Source of the DNA: Vicugna vicugna | Taxonomy: Eukaryota | DNA length: 64,000 nucleotides | Assembly: GCA_013265495.1 (NCBI GenBank) | Contig: MU058824.1 | Location: 2,817,111-2,881,110 of the forward strand | Direction: 5' to 3' | Shown here: in pieces, positions 1-13,079 of the stretch | Position numbering within the stretch: position 1 is the stretch's first letter | How the letters are laid out: every line of letters starts with the position of its first letter | The notes under the pieces: model-generated | Database searches by the model: none | Told to the model about the DNA's origin: nothing | What the model saw: only the letters and a program-made list of their open reading frames with translations | Position numbers and translations under genes: made by a program

Positions 1-270
1 TCTGCTGGGTTTGAATGTGAAAGGATGTAGCCCAAGGACTGCCAGAAGTTATCTTGTAACCCAAAGGGGAAAACCTGTCTGAGAATGAGTCAACCTTGAG
101 GAGGAGGAACTGAGAGACAGAGAAACAAAGAAATGTACCCTGATAGTATCTGAGATCCTATATCCAGCTATACCTGAAGCTGGCTCTACCCCTGGACTGT
201 GCAGGGATGTGAGCCAATACATTGACTTTGGGTCAGATTTCCAATCACTTGCAGCCAAAAGAGCCCTGAG
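1..270 (+). mobile_element. MaLR LTR relic (MLT1J/K/L-like), 3' part
   Basis: ccagctatacctgaagc...cctggact...gtgagccaata...cacttgcagccaaaagagccctga resembles the 3' end of old MLT1 LTRs. Confidence 0.65.
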
Positions 271-519
271 TTTCTAGGAGTATGGTAGGCTGTTAACTGT
301 CCCTGTGCCTCTAGGTCATCTTCTCCCAAATCCTCTCCTCACAAGACCACAGGTGTCCCTGTGACCAGTTTGGTATCCTTTCCATGGAAGTAGTCATGGT
401 GGCACTTTAGCACCATAATACAAGAGTGGTCAGGCTTTGTCAATGACCTCCCAGGTCTCCTTTCTGAGCACCTCTTGATGGCATCCCTTTCAGTACAGAC
501 TGAAGGACAGTCTTGTCCT

Positions 520-1160
520 CTCTCCTCTCATGTTGTCATCCCATCTTTTGACCATCTGTCTGTTGATGGCTCCCAAGTCTATATCCAGCCAGGCATCTCT
601 CGAGCTCTCCACCTGGGTGCCCCCTGCTCCAGGCATATCAGCTTCAATATCTCCCACCTCTGGGAAGGAAACTCAGTCATAGCAGCTTAAAGAATCAGGA
701 CATGTCTCTTCTCACTCACACTCTGCATCCATTCAACTGATCACCAAGTCTAGGTGAACATCTACGTGATGTCCCTGGAGTCCACTTCTTCCAGGTAGCA
801 CTGTTTCTGCTTCAGTTCAGGTCAAATCCTGGTCTCCACACTGCTGATCTGCCCCTCCCCAACTTACTCCCCATGCTTCCATCTGAAACTCCTCCTAAAA
901 TGCTGCCCTCACTTTGCAGCTGCCCTGCTCATAATCCTTAAGGTTTCCTGTCACCAAACTCCTCACCTACATGATCTGGCCCCACAGCAAGAATACTCCA
1001 GCATAAAGTTCATCCTTTCCCACAAACATCTCACACTTCTCTAGCTCCAGTCTTTGCTCACGTAGTTCTCTCACCCTGTCTCAACCTACTGATTTCTACT
1101 CATCTGTCAAAGCCCAGCTCCAATGTGCTCTCCTTTAAGAAATCTTTTAACTTCCCCCAC
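520..1160 (+). mobile_element. L2 LINE 3' region relic
   Basis: Pyrimidine-rich with L2 3' motifs (tctttgctcac...ctactcatctgtcaaagcccagctccaatgtgctctcct). Confidence 0.65.
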
Positions 1161-1178
1161 TTTAGGAATCAAATCATA

Positions 1179-1442
1179 TCGCTCATATGTGGAATCTTAA
1201 AAAAAAAAGAACATAAATACAAAACAGAAACAGACTCATAGACATAGAATACAAACTTGTGGTTGCTAAGGGGGAGGAGGGTGGGAAGGGATAAACTGGG
1301 AGTTCAAAATTTGTAGATACTGCATAGCAAAAAATGGGAAATATGTGTATGTTCATGTATAACTGAAAAATTGTGCTCTACACTGGAATTTGACACAACA
1401 TTGTAAAATGACTATCACTCAATAAAAATGTTTAAAAAAAAA
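1179..1442 (+). mobile_element. 5'-truncated lineage-specific (camelid-type) L1 3' end
   Basis: L1 3'UTR motifs, AATAAA plus A-tail, perfect 13-bp TSD GAATCAAATCATA at 1166-1178 and 1443-1455; similar to copies at 30.5 kb and 37.8 kb. Confidence 0.9.
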
Positions 1443-2659
1443 GAATCAAATCATAGACTACTATAGACAGATATGTTCCCAACCCATTGCTAGAACAATT
1501 ATTTTATAAAATCACATAGGCCCACACTTGACAATTTAAGAACCCAGGACAAATAAAAGAGGAGACCTGCAGCCCACAGCACCTGCTCCTCTCTCTTCCC
1601 ACCCTCTTGCATGACTCCATCCCGAACTGTAAGGATCTTATATACATGTAAGTTTCCTACTCAAGCCCTCATGTCCAAGATCCACTCTGCACCCTCATAT
1701 CCCCTTTCTCACTTGCACAGCTACCCTTTGACCATTCCTTGGGGCTGGGGTGCAGTGACCTTGCAGAAGAGGCCAGTAGGTCCTGAATGCAGGCTTGGTC
1801 CCTTTGGGCAGGAAATTCCAGAGTGGAGAGTGCTGAAGTGAGGCCCTGAAATGGCCTGGGCTCTGCGTGGTCCTCATCAGCCCTGTATTTATAACAAGCT
1901 CCCAGGGGATGCAGATGCTGCTGGCTGCAGACCACACTAGGAGTAGCAAGGGACTGGAGCACCAGGTCCAAGGGTGAATGGATGGTGCACTAGCCGTATG
2001 CTGCCACCTGATGAGTAAAATACACTAAGATGAGCAGTTCCCCAGAATGAAGGAAAGAGCTCAAGAGCAATAGGTTCCTAGTGAGAACAATTCAGTCTCA
2101 CCTTGATAGCTCCCAACTCCTCCCTGTAGCCCAGAGAGGCAGTGACCAGGCAGGCTGGTAGATTTGGGCCTCCTGACTCTAAGGCCAAGCTCTTTGTCTG
2201 CCAGGTGCGGTGAGGAGCCCACCAGACTCTTGGGAACAGGCAGTAGAAGGGGATCCGGTTATTTCCTGTGTACATATGACTGCCAGTGAAAACAAACCTC
2301 ACCATCAAACAGCAGAGCTAGAATGATCCAAGGTGGCATCTTGGGGACTTCGGAGGTGGGGAGACACTGCACTCCCCCCAGGGGTCTTCCCTTCCCCTGC
2401 TACTTCTCACACTCTTAATTTCACATCCTAGCTGGTTACTCCATTCTCTTCTTCCCTCAGCAATATCGCTATCACCATTGGGCACCCCCTCCAGCTGTTT
2501 TGGCCCCCAGGCAACAAGATGTGGGATGAAGACTGGGAAGCAGGGATGGGGGGGCAGTGCCTCTTTCCTTCTGGTTGTTCCTGGAGTCTTAATAAACCAC
2601 TTGAGCATATATACGTATCTTCTTGCCTGGAATTACTGAGCATCAGGACCAAACACGCT

Positions 2660-2940
2660 CTAGTACAATTCTCTCACTTTACAGATGGGGAAACTGAGGC
2701 CCAGAGAGGGAAGGTGACCTGCCTAAAGTCATACAGCAAGTTAGGATGGACCTTGGCTAAGACACAGGTCTCCCCACTCTTTGCTAAACCCACCCCTTGC
2801 CCACCTTGAGCATAAAAGAGACCTCCCCCACTTAATAGCTGAATGAGTTTCAGCAAGCAACTTCACCTATCTGAGCCACAGTTTTCTTACTGCTCAGAGG
2901 GGAGGAGCAAGTCCCACCTCCAGATTGGTGGGGAGGACTC
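2660..2940. mobile_element. Two MIR SINE fragments in opposite orientation
   Basis: ttacagatggggaaactgaggcccagagag (MIR core, - strand) followed by cttcacctatctgagccacagttttctt (+ strand). Confidence 0.8.
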
Positions 2941-2997
2941 AGGGAGCCAGGACAGAGCTCAGAAGCATGAAGTAATATTAATTAAAGAAACAGTCCT

Positions 2998-3494
2998 TGT
3001 ATTAGTGTCCTATGACAGCTGTGCCAAATTACAGCTAACTGACTGGCTTAAAACAACACAAACTTTTTGTATTTCTGAAGGTCAAAAGTCTGAAATAGGT
3101 CTCACTGGACTAAAATCAAGGTGTTGGCAGGGCTGCATTCCTTTCCAGAGGCTCTAGTAGAGAATCTATTTTCTGGCCTTTTTAGCTTCTTGAGGCCACT
3201 CACATTCTTTGGCCTCATGGACCCCTTCCTTCTTCAAAGCCAGTGATGGCTTGTTAAGTCTTTCTCATACATTATTACTCCGGTACCCTTCTCTTGCCTC
3301 CCTCTTTCACTCAGAAGGACTCTTGTGATTATATTGGGCCAACCTAGATATCCAGGAGGCTCTCTCCATCTCAAGGTCAGCTGATTGGCATCCTCAGTTC
3401 CATCTGCAATCTTAATTCTGCTTTGCCATGTAACACAGCATATTTACAGGCTCTGGGGATTAGGTTGTGGAAGGACATTATTCTGCCTATCACA
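2998..3494 (-). mobile_element. Solo MaLR LTR (MLT1C-like)
   Basis: TG...CA termini, ggcttaaaacaaca and aaatcaaggtgttggcagggctgc motifs, 5-bp TSD GTCCT at 2993-2997 and 3495-3499. Confidence 0.9.
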
Positions 3495-3499
3495 GTCCT

Positions 3500-3640
3500 A
3501 AACCACTTGGGAAGTTGGAGAACCTAAGGAAAACCAGGACTTCGCTTACAGAAAAATACACACGCAAAAACATTTTGGCATGTGATCTCAGGGGGTTCAC
3601 AGGCATCCAAGCATGGACTCTGGTATGAACTCTTAGACTA
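3500..3640. mobile_element. hAT-Charlie-type MITE relic
   Basis: cagaaaaatacacacgcaaaaacattttg...tcagggggttcacag...catggac resembles small Charlie derivatives. Confidence 0.5.
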
Positions 3641-3689
3641 AAAGGATAATATGGGTCTCTTGCCCTTTATAGCAATTGTCATAAGTGTA

Positions 3690-3858
3690 TTAATGTGCAC
3701 CCATATGCACTAGTGCATATATGTGCATACATGTGCTCATGCAGACACATGTGCACATGCATACATGTCCCTATCCTGCACACATGCACTGTGTATACCA
3801 TGCATACATACTCACTGTGATGCACACACATACATAGACATATGCACATCACACAATT
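3690..3858. repeat. Degenerate (CA/TG/TA)n alternating purine-pyrimidine tract
   Basis: gtgcatatatgtgcatacatgtg...cacacatacatagacatatgcacatcacac. Confidence 0.85.
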
Positions 3859-5249
3859 TTCCTACAGAAATAGCAAGATCTTCGTTGGCTTCTTTGTGTC
3901 AGATGGTAAAGGGGAGCAAGGTGAGATCACTGTGATCAGGTGAAATATCTAAAAAACTGGCATACTTCCGAGACCACAACAGGGTGATTTCTTGTTGGCA
4001 TATCTCCAGTAACTGATTACGTAAGAAGATATTTCTTTCCTTCCCAGACTTGAGTCATACTCCCAAAAATCCCCTTCTCTTTATTACATTACCTTTGAAA
4101 GGGGCAGGGTCCCAGAGGGGAAGGGAACTAACTGAGGCACCTCCACCCTCACCACCCTCAGCTGGAGCTGGGACCCTGCAGTTCATCTGGGTGGGGCCCT
4201 CACTTTCCCAGAGAGACACAGCTCACTGATCTGCAGGAATGCATCAAACTCTCTGGCAGCTCTTCAGAGGACAGCAGTCCATTACCAGTTGGTGATAAGG
4301 TCCTTCCACACCTGGGTGAAGGGGGAGCAGGGAAGCAGGTGGCACCTGGGCCCTGCACTGCTCATGTCAATTAGCTCTGTGACAACCGCTGGGCCCACCA
4401 ACAATGACATGCTCCTGGTGGTGTGGCTTAGGGGAGCACTGAGGAGCCACCTGGGGTTTCCCACTCTCAGCCTCTTTGTCCAACGCATTTCAACCCTGAC
4501 TGGGAGTGGCATAGAAGATGGAGGCTCTCGGCTCAAGGTGGAGGCACTGTGGGGAGGACCTGTATATGATGGCAGGGGAAAGAGGCTGGAGGAGAAGGTC
4601 AAGGCCAGAGAGAAAGAGGAGAGGGGTGAGGGCAGTGTGACAGAGACTACTCATTGCCAACATCATAGTCATTCTCCTTCATGGTTTTCCAGGAGTTAAC
4701 AATGTGCCCAGGCTCCATTGCAACCACTGGGGCCACAGCATACAGTCATGGCTGAGGAAATGTAAACAGCAGTCATTTGGGTGGGTTTCTGGGAAAGCCA
4801 TTCTCAGACCCCACTCTGGGTCCCATGATTTACAAGATCTCGTATACGATGCGTGTGCACGCGCACATGCGCACACACAAGCACTCACACACATTCTTAA
4901 CAAACACAAAGCTGGTCTGTATCATTTGAGATCACTCACATACTCAACACTGATGCAAGCAATCTATACCCTAAACATCTGTTCTTACTACAAACACCAT
5001 TCAGGCCCCAGGGAAATATACTTCCACATCCCTTGCGCTGCTTCCTTGTAACAACACTGAGTCTGGAAATTTTGTGTTTGTTCCTCATGACATTGGAGAT
5101 GAATGCTGCTTTTGAAATCAGGAAGGACTGAATGGCAGAGGAGCTTAGGTAACGGGAAAAATTGTTAATTCTTTCCCAGAACGTAGCATAATTGTTACAT
5201 TCTTACACATCAAAGTATCATCTCCCTACTGCACCAACCATCCATTTCC

Positions 5250-6410
5250 TTGCTCCTCTCCAAGGCCCCATCCCCTTTCCGGAGGTACTCACTATTACCA
5301 GGGCATTCAACAGTTGCACATGGCAGCTGAAGAGCATGTTGCCACACTCAACAGTTCATATTACTCTCAAACTTGTGTATGTGTAGGTCTAGACAGAATG
5401 TGCACAAAGCAGGGTATGAAGCACTTACCCTGGCAATCACATGGATGTTGAATGATAGAATGCCAAGTTTTCATTTTTACAGAAATATTTAATAAGATTT
5501 ATGTAACTAAAAATTTTTAAATAAAATAAATTTATTTAAACAGTGTTGCTATACACAAATTATAATTTATATTTTACCTTTTAATTGTTAAATAATTATG
5601 ACTTCTTTAGAAAAAAACAACCTCTAGAATATGTATATGAAATATGGTTTTAATTCTTTGGTTTTTATGTTCACTTTAACTTACACTTATTTTTAACTAA
5701 CACTTTTTGATAAAAAATATATTCAAATTCTGTATACTTTCACTACAATTGCATTTTATTTTTTAACCCTTTAGATAGGAGTTGGCAAACTTTTTCTTAA
5801 AAGGCCAGAGAGTAAATATTTTAGATTTATAGGCAATATGGTCTCTGTCACAACTATTCAACTTTTATGCTGTAACATGAAAACAGCTATGGACAATATA
5901 TAAAAGAATGAGCCTGGCTGACTGTTAGTAAAACTTTATTTACAAAAACACAGGCAACAGACCTGAAGGTCATAGTTTGCCAACCCTCCTTTAGATCATT
6001 ACTGTTAATAGCATACAAATTTGTGATAACCTTGTTGATAACATAATTATTGAATTTTGCTAAGATAAAAGCAAAAAAAATTTATAGAATATGTAATAAT
6101 TTATAAATTATGTATACCTTGATTTTTACTATTCATTCAGACTTTGTCAGCTCATCAACTGAATACCTAGATGTATCAGTCATAATTAAATTCAATTGTC
6201 TTTGGTGCTTTGTTGATTTTCAGTAATATAAAAACTATATTCTAGATTTTATCCTTTTAAATGTATATTTGTCAAAGCAAGAAGGTGAAGGTATGTTATT
6301 TAATAGTCTGCAAGCGTGAATTAACAACTTTTAAATAGCTAAACATATGGGAGCTGGGTTTCACTTCATACTCTTGTCCTGAGCCCTGCTAATATCTGGA
6401 GGGGACAGGC
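5250..6410. mobile_element. Ancient hAT-Tip100-like DNA transposon relic (interrupted by MER58A)
   Basis: Very AT-rich body ending in atactcttgtcctgagccctgctaatatctggaggggacaggc, resembling Tip100-family termini; left boundary uncertain. Confidence 0.45.
5776..5987. mobile_element. MER58A hAT-Charlie MITE
   Basis: TIRs aggagttggcaaact / agtttgccaaccct; flanking CCTTTAGA(T) duplication at 5768 and 5988 (8-bp hAT TSD). Confidence 0.9.
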
Positions 6411-6414
6411 TTAG

Positions 6415-6672
6415 CTGGCTTTCCCTTTCACCATTTTAACCTTCCTGCTGTCCTAGAACATAGACATGCTGGTTGGAATTTAGCTACTATGTTGTGACCA
6501 TGAGGAAGAGGCAAAGTGACTGGCAGAAACTTAGGCCTGATAGCACTAAACCCAATTTAGAAACCACCCACCCTCAGACCCTCACCATGTGAAGAAAATG
6601 AATCACTATATGGTTAGGTCACTGTTATTTGAGTTTTCTCTCACAATCAGACAAATACAAATTCCTAGACAT
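6415..6672 (+). mobile_element. ERVL/MaLR-type LTR relic (LTR33/MLT1-like)
   Basis: cttcctgc...gtgaccatgagg...gtcactgttatttgagttttct...attcctagaca. Confidence 0.55.
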
Positions 6673-6744
6673 AAATTTGTGGCTCTCCCTCCACAGTTCT
6701 TTTGATGCATCTATCACAGCTCCCACCACAGGCTGGTTTGCGCT

Positions 6745-6910
6745 ACCATTCATTCATTCATTCATTCTTTCATTTATTTGATAAACATTCACAAGCACCT
6801 ATTCTGTTCCAGGGCCCTGTGCAATTCTGGGGCTACCATGAGGAACTGGAAAGAAAAAAGAAGACAGATCATCATAAGGACCTCACAGCCTGGTGGTGGA
6901 GACAAGCATG
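6745..6910 (-). mobile_element. L2 3' terminus
   Basis: (CATT)n tail followed by aaacattcacaagcacctattctgttccagg...ctcacagcctggtgg. Confidence 0.8.
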
Positions 6911-6969
6911 GCAACAGTCACAGTGGGTCCTGGACTCACTGTGGTACTGGTTAAGAAATACATCAGAAA

Positions 6970-7327
6970 CCATAAGTCCAGGCTGGTACAGCAGCTCTGC
7001 CTGTCAAGTTGTCAGGGGCCCAGGCTTCCTGTTGCTCTGCCATCCTGAGGTTCCCTCATTCACTTGGTCCAAAATGACTCACCCTGTATCCATATTCCAG
7101 CTAGCTAGAAGGGGCAGGAGAGAACACGCCTCTTCCCTTTAGGGGCACAGCGTCCAAGGTGCACACAGCACTTACATCCCATGGGGCAGAACATTATTAC
7201 ACAGCTGCAACTAGCTGCAGGGAAGTCTGGAAAATGTAGTCTTTCTTCTGGGAGGCCATGTACTCAGCAAAAAACCCCTCAGCTTTCTATTACATAGAAG
7301 ACAGAAAAATCAGCCACTTCTGCCACA
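6970..7327 (-). mobile_element. MaLR LTR (MLT1J-like)
   Basis: ctagctgcagggaagtctggaaaatgtagtcttt...tctgccaca terminus. Confidence 0.75.
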
Positions 7328-8022
7328 CTTCCCAAAATATTTCTGAGCCACCAAAATAATGAACTCAGATATGCAGGCTCGTGATTTCTAGAATCACATT
7401 CCCAACAAGATGCTGGCATTTACTGGATTCACTCATCCCTCACCACCGCTACTAGTTAACTGGCCTTTTGAAGGTTCCATTAAAGTTTTATCTCCACTCA
7501 TTACGCACATGTGCACATGTACACATACAGCAAAAAATAATACAAAGTTTTTTTTATCACTTAAGTAGAGTCATTCCCTAAATGATGAATTGAGAACACC
7601 AAAACTCCAGTGGGAACTGGATGCCAGGCAGTCAGCAGGGGTCACTCAGTTGGTTCAGCGTGTTGGCCTCACAACCCGGGATTCCAATCCATGGCTTTTA
7701 GGGTCTTCAGAAAAAGCCCAAACTATGTGTGTTATGCCTGTGAAGGCCACAAATCCTTTGAGCTGAGATGAGTGTTGTGATGGGGGTGTAAGTGAAGCAG
7801 CACATTTTAATGTTGCTATTTTCATTCAAAGGACAATGTAATGTGGAACTTCTACCGGGTCATTTTGAGCTGTATCAAAATGTAAATGCTGTTTGTTTTC
7901 TGTGTAAGCCCACCTTTAATCCCACCCAATTTCTGTCTCCACCCACTTCTTGCTCTACTCTCTCTTCACTCATTGTCATTCAACTGCAAAATTTATAACC
8001 AGAGCAAATGGCCCATGATAAA

Positions 8023-8700
8023 TGGGCCCTAGTAAAATATCTGCGAATCCACTATTCTTCTCCCGTGGGAGATTTAATAAAAATGAACTTAGATAAAAAT
8101 ATTCATTAAGAATTGAAACAGAGACTGATAGACAGTGCTTAATTTATAATTAATACATGAGAAAATTATGGTCTCTTTCTCAAGGGTATTTGAAAATATT
8201 TTAGTCTCATAACTTTTTACCAGTATCAAAACTGTTCCATCAATTCTCGTATTTTAATAATGCCTGTGGTGGGTTTTTCTTTATACACAGAGATAGTCCT
8301 TGAGGTCTCTTTTGGGGTGGTCCCTGCACTGGTGGATTTCTCGATGGCTTCGACTGGGTTGACATTTTTAGTCATTTTCTTTCATGTTCCTTTCATGACC
8401 TGACCTACCATTGGTGGGAATAATGAGCTTTAGGGGGGTTATTTTTGACAACTTTGGTGGCTTTAAATAAGTGACTTTGACCCAATTTTTAAATGGCTGA
8501 AGATTTTAAGGTGTATTATCTACTAAAGCATCAAAAGGAACCTCTGGGTCATTAGTTGCCAAAAACAGAACCATTTGAGATATAAGGGAAAGATTCAAAC
8601 CACTTCTGTTTGATTCTTTTAACTCTTTCTTGGCTAATGTCTTTTATAGTTTTTTGGGCACTAAATGGAAAAAATGTTTAGTACTCAAGAAGACCAAATA
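8023..8700. mobile_element. Probable ancient DNA transposon relic (hAT-Tip100-like, tentative)
   Basis: Abrupt AT-rich block starting tgggccctagtaaaatatctgcgaatcc; no intact ORF; family assignment from recall only. Confidence 0.35.
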
Positions 8701-8734
8701 GGTGGCATCTAATGTGTCCTGCTCCCACACCATT

Positions 8735-8885
8735 ACCACACAAACTGTTTCCTCGTCTGTAAAAGGGAATAAAAGTGGTACCTAACTCACAGTGTTTGAG
8801 GATTAAATTAAGATATGGAAAGTGTTTAGCATGGTGCCTGGCACATAATAAATGCTCATTGGATGATAGCTATTGTTCTATTGTT
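8735..8885 (+). mobile_element. MIR
   Basis: gtttcctcgtctgtaaaaggg...gaggattaaa...gtgcctggcacataataaatgctca. Confidence 0.85.
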
Positions 8886-8959
8886 GTCTTTAGGGCAAAG
8901 TGAAATCATAAATGTTTTACTTCCTCAAAAAGACACCTGTGAATATTGGCATGGTCTCA

Positions 8960-9450
8960 TAGCATGTCCCCACAAGTTACCAAGAGTAAAATAGTGATTT
9001 TACAGTGGAGTAATTCAGAAAATAACGATGTAACCAGGTAATTAAAATTGAATCAACAGTGATGCAATGATTGATATTGCGTGCTCCCTGATGCAGTGCC
9101 CTGAAAGAGCCCGGTGTCATTTTCATGTCATTCCTGCTAAGAAAGCACGGCCTGAGTCTGGACATGAAGAAATATTGGAGGGGCCCAGGCTGAGCAATCT
9201 GCTCCAAAATGAAAGGCCTGTGCCCCTTAGAACTGTCAGGGATGTGCATGAGCAGGAAAGACTGGGGAATGGCTCCAGACTGAAGGGTACTAAAGAGACA
9301 TGATTACTAACTGCAGCATGTCAGCCTGGGTTGGTCCTGGACCAGAGAGGGAACAGAGACTCTGGGGGACAACTGACAACAATGGGAGTTCTCCGTACAG
9401 TTGCTTCTGTAACTTTTCACTAAATTTAAAATTATTTCAAAATGAATTAT
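8960..9450 (+). mobile_element. Old L1 (L1MC4/5-like) 3' UTR
   Basis: tttacagtggag...ggaaagactggggaatggctccagactgaagg...ctaaagagacatga...aaattatttcaaaat. Confidence 0.75.
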
Positions 9451-9644
9451 TATTAAAATATATCAGTATATTTCTTCATGCCTTTGGGAGGCAACGAGTT
9501 CCAAACTGGAAACACAATCGCTCCGTTTTAGCTGACACTGTACACCTGCCACCAGGGAGTGGCCACCAGCCTGAATGTACCTGAAGTGCTTTCTTCTGGT
9601 GACGCCCCGTAGCATGAGATCATCAGGCAAACAGCAAACTATGA

Positions 9645-10262
9645 GTCAGAGTACTTCTACTTCTGCTCATGAAGGATTCACTGCTATAGAATTGCCCTCC
9701 TAGCCTGAAAAACTAAAAAGCAAATGAAATGAGTAAAATATCTCTTACGCATATTGGACCCAGGATATGGGACTATGATTCCTGACTCAGGAAAAAACAC
9801 AGGGTAGGCTACAGCTGTCCCAGCTGACTGTATGGAGAGAGTCTCCAGGCCACAGCACAGAGAGGGGGACCCAAACCAAGACCAGCAAACCTACTGAGTT
9901 GAGGGACAGATCAGAGTTTAAGGTGGCAGATACAGCTAGATCTGCAGTATAGAATGCCAAAGATGGCAGAGATGCTCAGGGGAGCTCTGGAGACCTGCAG
10001 CAGACACAGTGAGAGAGCAGATCAGTGGTTGCCCGTGACCAAGGGTGTGCAAAGGGAAGTGGCTGTAAAGGGATGCCAGGAAACTTTTGGGGGTGACAGA
10101 AAAATTTTATGCCTTGATTGTGGTGGTTGTGACACAACTGAAAACATGTGTCAAAACCCAGAAACTAACACAATATACACCATAAACTATAATGCATATG
10201 ACTAACACAATATTGTAAATCAACTATATTTCAATAAAAAAATTAAAATAAAATAAATAAAA
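9645..10262 (+). mobile_element. Old L1M element: 5' end juxtaposed to 3' end
   Basis: acttctacttctgctcatgaagga (L1M 5'-end-like) to ~10000, then gcagatcagtggttgcc...ccttgattgtggtggt...caataaaaaa 3' end with A-tail. Confidence 0.65.
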
Positions 10263-10599
10263 CTGACAGGGAGAGGGGGGGAATCTACTCTCCCTGTCAA
10301 AAGACACAACCTTCCAGTTATAAATAAGTCATAGGATATGCAGCATGGTGAGTATAGTTAATAGTATTGGACTGCGTATTTGAAAGTTACTAAGAGACTA
10401 AATCTTGAAAGACCTAAAGATTATTTTAGTGCTTTCTTGCTCTTTCTAGTGTTTGCTATGTAGTGTGTGGAACATGTATTCTTTGCTTTTTACCTTCCCT
10501 AGAGAGTGAGCATGTATGTATGTATGTGTACATATATACATATTACATTACATATTATGTGTTATATATTATAATGTATTTTATATTATATATTCACAT

Positions 10600-11750
10600 A
10601 TGATATATATTCTGTCTGTAATTCAACTATAGTTTACATAATTCAAAAAGTATTATTTAATCCACATTTTTTTCTAACTATCAGTCAAGAATAAATCAGT
10701 ATTTCCTGAGTCTCTTTGCCTCTTTTGAGAATATTTTTAATTCATTATTTCGGACCACTTTTACAACTTCTTATATTTTTCTCTTTTTAACAGGCACAAG
10801 CAACCTGTTCTCCTGTACCAGGGTTTCCCACTCTCAGTTCTTAAATTTGCTTCATCTCTTGACAATCTTTAATAATTTTTCAAGTTCCTTTTTCAAAAAG
10901 GTACAAGGTGGTATATTCTTTTCACTCCTGCATATTTGAGAGTATCTTTCTTGAGACTCCAAACATGAAATGTACCTTGGTGGGGCATCAAATAATTGGA
11001 TTGCAGTCTTTTCCTTTATTCTCCTGAAAACACTGTTGACGTTCTCCAGTGAAATTGAGGACAACAACAGTCTGAAGCCAGTCTGATTTCTCTTTCACTG
11101 TAGGGTTTCCTCTTTATTCTACATGTTTCCTGGTAGGGCTTTTAAAATCCTCCTTCTTCAAGCATTTTCTGAGGTGTCGAGGTATAGGTCCACCTTTAGC
11201 AATGCTGGCCTGGCACAGGTTGATCTCTTCCAAGCTACACCCTCAGGATTTGCGTGGTGTTGTTGTCTTGTCTATTGGATGATTGCTTCTCTCCGATCTC
11301 ACCCACAGAAGCATGGAGTGTCTGCTTGGTGCTGCTTTATTCTCTGGTCTCCATATCTATAAACTTTCCTCTCAGCATTTTAATTTCTTTATCTTTTCCC
11401 CTGCATTTTTGATGAGAGCTTTCAACCTTGACCTCTACAGCACTGATTTAATATTTTACAGCACCAATTCTGTTCTTTAATCTCACCAAGGGATTAATGA
11501 TGAGTTTTAATTCTGTGATTACATTTTTAGTTTCTCTCACAGTGTTTCCTTTTCTCATTAATTCCCTTTTCATTTAATCTTTTTAAAAAAAAAAAAAAAC
11601 TCATTCTGTGGCTTTTTAAAGAGTGTCTGTGCCTCGACTCCTATGGCTTTCTGCTTTTATTTCATAGGGGGTCATATCTTCTGACATATATAACAGAACA
11701 TTGAATAGGCTTTTCCTTATTGATCCCAAGTTGATGTTAAGACCTAAAAT
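10600..11750 (-). mobile_element. HAL1/L1ME-like ORF1 relic
   Basis: gtctgaagccagtctgatttc motif; - strand ORF 10852-11067 ends TFLKKELEKLL, like the L1 ORF1 C-terminus; no ORF2 follows. Confidence 0.55.
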
Positions 11751-12719
11751 GAGGACAAAGGGCTGAGTGCCCAAGCTCAGGGGATGCAGCTCATGTAGAC
11801 CCCATGACTTCATCCTGTGAATTCGTCTCCTTGGGGGCTGCAGGCCACTCGTGGAGCTCCTGAATAGACAGCCAGGCCTGCATTTCTCAGAATGCTCCCA
11901 CAGAGGGATGACAAAGCCCCAGCCCCCAACTTCCCTCCTTCCCTTGAAGCTGGCAAAGCAGAACTTCCAGAGCCCAGGAGGCTTCTTTTATAGGAAAAAG
12001 CTCTAGGGCTTCAACTAGTCAACAACACCCCTGGAGGGAAACTCAGCCTTTTCTGTGGCTTCAAACTCCTTCAGTTTTCTCCCCAGCACTTCCTCCTTGC
12101 CTCAGCCTGGGAACTAAGACATTTGAACAAATCCACAGGAGCATGCTAATTGGCAAACAACTCAGGCTGCCGTTGCCCTGAGGGGGTCATAGGCCTGCTG
12201 GGCACTGCCGGGGAAGAGAAAAAATGAACACCTTGGCAATAGCACCCCTCCTGTATTTTAATGTATTCAAATATGTCCCCTCAAGGAGTCTGCAGGCCCT
12301 CAAGGATACAGGGAGTCTGAGCTGAAACAATTTCTTCTAATTGCTGAAGCAGACACCCAAATAGAATCCTGGATATGAGGCTCCCGTAGGGAAATTGGCT
12401 CACTCTGGCTAAGAGGGGAAGCAAAGACCCTCTGCAAATCAGGGTCTGCCAAAGTGAGTTTCTCAGAGCACTATTTCCACGGAATATCAATAGGTATTTT
12501 TGAAAACTCGGTTTCAGTGAAAATAAATTTGAGATATGCATAGTAAACAGAGAGGCAGTTTACTTTCTGCAGGACATACTGGCATCTTGCATATTCATGG
12601 CCTATTAGTCAGTCAGTCATTCTGCATACAATGAGTCTCTACTGTGTATCAGGCATTGTGGAAACAGACAAGATTTCACGTCATCTGTACCTGCAAATAG
12701 CTCACAGCCAAGCATTCCA

Positions 12720-12881
12720 ACTTAGTACTCAAATCGTGGTCTGGGCCAGTCTCTGCAACACTAACTGAAAATTTGCTAGAAATGCAGGCTCTCCAGCCCC
12801 TTCTCCAGAACTACTGAATCAAAATCTGCATTTTAACAAGTTCCCCCGGTGCTTCATGTATGTTAAAGTATGAGAAGCCTG
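12720..12881. mobile_element. MER5A-type hAT-Charlie MITE
   Basis: tgctagaaatgcaggctctc...ctactgaatcaaaatctgcattttaacaag...taaagtatgagaagc. Confidence 0.85.
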
Positions 12882-13079
12882 AAATAACACATTACTAAGG
12901 AAGAAAAAGAAGGTAAGGAGAAGGGCTACTCTGGGAAACTGAAAACCTTTTGCTGTGGAGTCCAAGTAGAACAGTAAGCAGCAGAACTGGAGAGTGATAC
13001 GTTGCCTCATTCCAACATGGACACAGAGAGGCTCTGGTCAAGAGGACTGAGGAGAGCACAGTTCCACTGGCAACAATAT

